8,765 nt of DNA from a virus (lineage: Duplodnaviria; Heunggongvirae; Uroviricota; Caudoviricetes): IMG/VR virus record IMGVR_UViG_3300028988_000042. One strand, written 5' to 3'. Below, piece by piece: positions 7,032 through 8,765 of the stretch. Each line of letters begins with the position of its first letter. The first letter of the stretch is position 1. A program made the position numbers and the translations under genes. The notes under the pieces are model-generated. The model did not search any database. It was not told the origin of the DNA and worked only from the letters and a program-made list of their open reading frames with translations.

Positions 7032-8531
7032 CAACGCATCAGACTTAGCCCCCTGCGTCATAGCGTTAATTGCCTTTTGTGCCTGCTGCATGGCTTTCTC
7101 AAACGCTGTTGATCCGCGTGGGGTGTTTGCCATTCGGAGCATTGCATTTCTGAATGGCTCGCTCTCATAGGCGCGAGTGAGAAGTCCGTAGCTTACTGCT
7201 GCGCCAGTTGTCGCCGGGTTCATTGCCGTCCCATACCCAATAATGAACGGGATAGTTTGCTGCCCTGTGGGTGTTGTTACTGCCGCTTTTGCAGCCTGCT
7301 GCGTGGATTGCAGGTAGTTTTTCAATCCTTTCAGATAAGCGGCTTCCTGACCTTTAAATGTGATGCCAGTCTGGTTTTGCAGGATGTTAAGCTGCCGAAG
7401 GAACTGGTCAGGGGAACCACCTGATTTCTCCATCGCCTTTCCAATGATGCCATTGCGCATTTGCGCCCTGCCAACACGACCAACTGAGTTATACAGAGTC
7501 TTAATTTCCGATTTGTTCTTGCTGAATAGCATGTTGTTGACAACTTCCGGCGTAAGATCGCCTTTCATGAGAACATTCTTCAGCCTGGTATTCTTTAGTT
7601 TCGCCGCTTCGTCAGCGTAAACGGCATTGGCCTGCTGATATTTACGGAGAGTATCGCTGCCAAGATTCTGACCAATGGCACCATTGATATCGTCGGTCAT
7701 TGCCTTGTAAACTCGCTGAATGGCAGCATCGGAACGGTTTGGTAATACCGGTCGCTCACCCTTCACGTCCATTCTGAACTGGCTGCGCAGGTCGCTTAAT
7801 TGCTTCAAATCCAGATTTACCGGACCATCAGGGCCAGCATTGCGAACAAGCTCATCACGATATGACTGAAGTTTTGAAATTGTCTCGTTATCAGCTACCT
7901 TACCAAGCTTCTGCAGATTAGATATCTCAGTATCAATCTGCTGAATTGCTCGCGCAGGCTGAATGTTTACTCCAGCCATAGCATTCTGAACCTGCTCCAG
8001 TCGATTACCGGCGGCACGACGAATTCCTGATGTTTTCGTTTTAAGGCTGCCAATAACAACCGCTGGATCATACTCGCCGAATTTATCAGCAAATCTCTGC
8101 ACCAACTGACTTCTCGCTTCCTGTTGCGTTGCTCTCATTCCGCTTGTGCCAGCCAGGGGAATATTTTCTGCTGTAGTCTGCGCCATTTTCCCGACGCGGG
8201 AAGTAGGCTGTAACAGGTCTGTGGTGTGCAGAGGCACTCCTTCACGCTCTGCAAATCTGATAGCTTGCTGCGCTTCTGGTGCAATAGCACCACGAACGCC
8301 ACGATAAGCAGCGCCTAATCCACGTCCGGCAGCGTTAATAGCGCCGCCAGCCAGAACGCCAACGCCTAAATCGGTGGCGAGTGCTTCCGCATCATCTTTC
8401 GCACTATTTGCAGCAAGTGATCCAACTGCGTTTTCAGCGAGAAGGCGAGTTGCCCCCTGAGCAATTCGACCAGCAAGTGTTGGTGCCTGTGCTGCCGCTC
8501 TCTCAACGCCAGCAGGAGTGAGGTAAGGCAA
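7023..8531 (-). CDS. phage virion internal / DNA-ejection-type protein (position equivalent to P22 gene 16); true 5' end uncertain
   Basis: Long ORF with Ala/Gly/Gln/Lys-rich composition typical of P22-like ejection proteins, located immediately upstream of the immunity-I/tailspike region on the tailspike strand. The listed start is a TTG with no good SD, and the frame stays open with protein-like translation up to a TAA at 8760-8762, so the real start is probably upstream. Confidence 0.6.
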   Translation of the reverse strand: MPYLTPAGVERAAAQAPTLAGRIAQGATRLLAENAVGSLAANSAKDDAEALATDLGVGVLAGGAINAAGRGLGAAYRGVRGAIAPEAQQAIRFAEREGVPLHTTDLLQPTSRVGKMAQTTAENIPLAGTSGMRATQQEARSQLVQRFADKFGEYDPAVVIGSLKTKTSGIRRAAGNRLEQVQNAMAGVNIQPARAIQQIDTEISNLQKLGKVADNETISKLQSYRDELVRNAGPDGPVNLDLKQLSDLRSQFRMDVKGERPVLPNRSDAAIQRVYKAMTDDINGAIGQNLGSDTLRKYQQANAVYADEAAKLKNTRLKNVLMKGDLTPEVVNNMLFSKNKSEIKTLYNSVGRVGRAQMRNGIIGKAMEKSGGSPDQFLRQLNILQNQTGITFKGQEAAYLKGLKNYLQSTQQAAKAAVTTPTGQQTIPFIIGYGTAMNPATTGAAVSYGLLTRAYESEPFRNAMLRMANTPRGSTAFEKAMQQAQKAINAMTQGAKSDALSE

Positions 8532-8765
8532 TGCTTCAGCAAATACCCTTCCCTCTGTCGTTTGTGGAGTCAGCGCGCCTTGCTGAAAGCCAAAGTCCTG
8601 CTCTAATCCCTGCGTTGTTACTCGTGGCGCTGGTTGATATGTACCATCGCCAATACCGAGTTTACCGCCAGCCCAAGTGAAGTGGTCAACAAAAACTGGC
8701 CACCGAGTTAGAGTTTTTTCCAGTATCGATTTTCCGATTCGTTTGGTGGTAACCCACCATTATAT

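Larger units (their letters stand above)
3092..8765. mobile_element. right arm of a mosaic lambdoid prophage (lambda-type att with a P22-like virion/immunity-I module) integrated at attB(lambda); extends beyond the window end
   Basis: Host synteny bioB-bioA-ybhB ends exactly at the att core; beyond it are phage att arm sequences, a tailspike, a Mnt-like repressor and an ejection-type protein, with abrupt compositional shifts. Confidence 0.85.

Noticed and set aside
6785-7048. 87-aa ORF overlapping mnt in another frame
   Set aside because: Out-of-frame overlap with the homology-supported Mnt coding sequence.
7331-7620. ORFs 7331-7543(-) and 7360-7620(+) inside the ejection-protein gene
   Set aside because: Alternative-frame or antisense ORFs within a 500-aa coding region with coherent composition.
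1-8765. CRISPR arrays, tRNA or rRNA genes, insertion sequences
   Set aside because: No regularly spaced direct repeats, no cloverleaf-like conserved tRNA sequence near the att site (the lambda attB is not in a tRNA gene), and no transposase-like ORF or terminal inverted repeats were seen.

Overview
The window spans the chromosomal junction of an Escherichia coli-type biotin locus with the right end of an integrated prophage at the phage-lambda attachment site. Positions 1-3091 are host DNA: the 5' end of bioF, bioB, the divergent bio promoter/BirA operator, bioA and ybhB, all matching E. coli K-12 proteins as recalled from memory. At 3092-3106 there is a lambda-type att core (14 of 15 positions) with the bacterial B' arm on the ybhB side and a lambda-like P arm, two inverted arm-type Int-site-like repeats and a sib/tI-like hairpin on the other side, so this reads as attR. 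The prophage arm is a P22-like virion/immunity-I module: an AT-rich acyltransferase-3 family membrane protein (candidate O-antigen O-acetyltransferase), a tailspike with a P22-like head-binding domain joined at a DPDQ hinge to an unrelated AT-rich receptor-binding domain, a Mnt-like ribbon-helix-helix repressor with no arc or ant genes, and a large Ala/Gly/Gln-rich ejection-type protein whose 5' end is anomalous. The most interesting part is the co-located tailspike receptor-binding domain plus acetyltransferase cassette and the orphan Mnt with a perfect palindrome next to the tailspike. No tRNA or rRNA gene was recognised by eye and there is no CRISPR array; all homology statements are from memory and need database confirmation.
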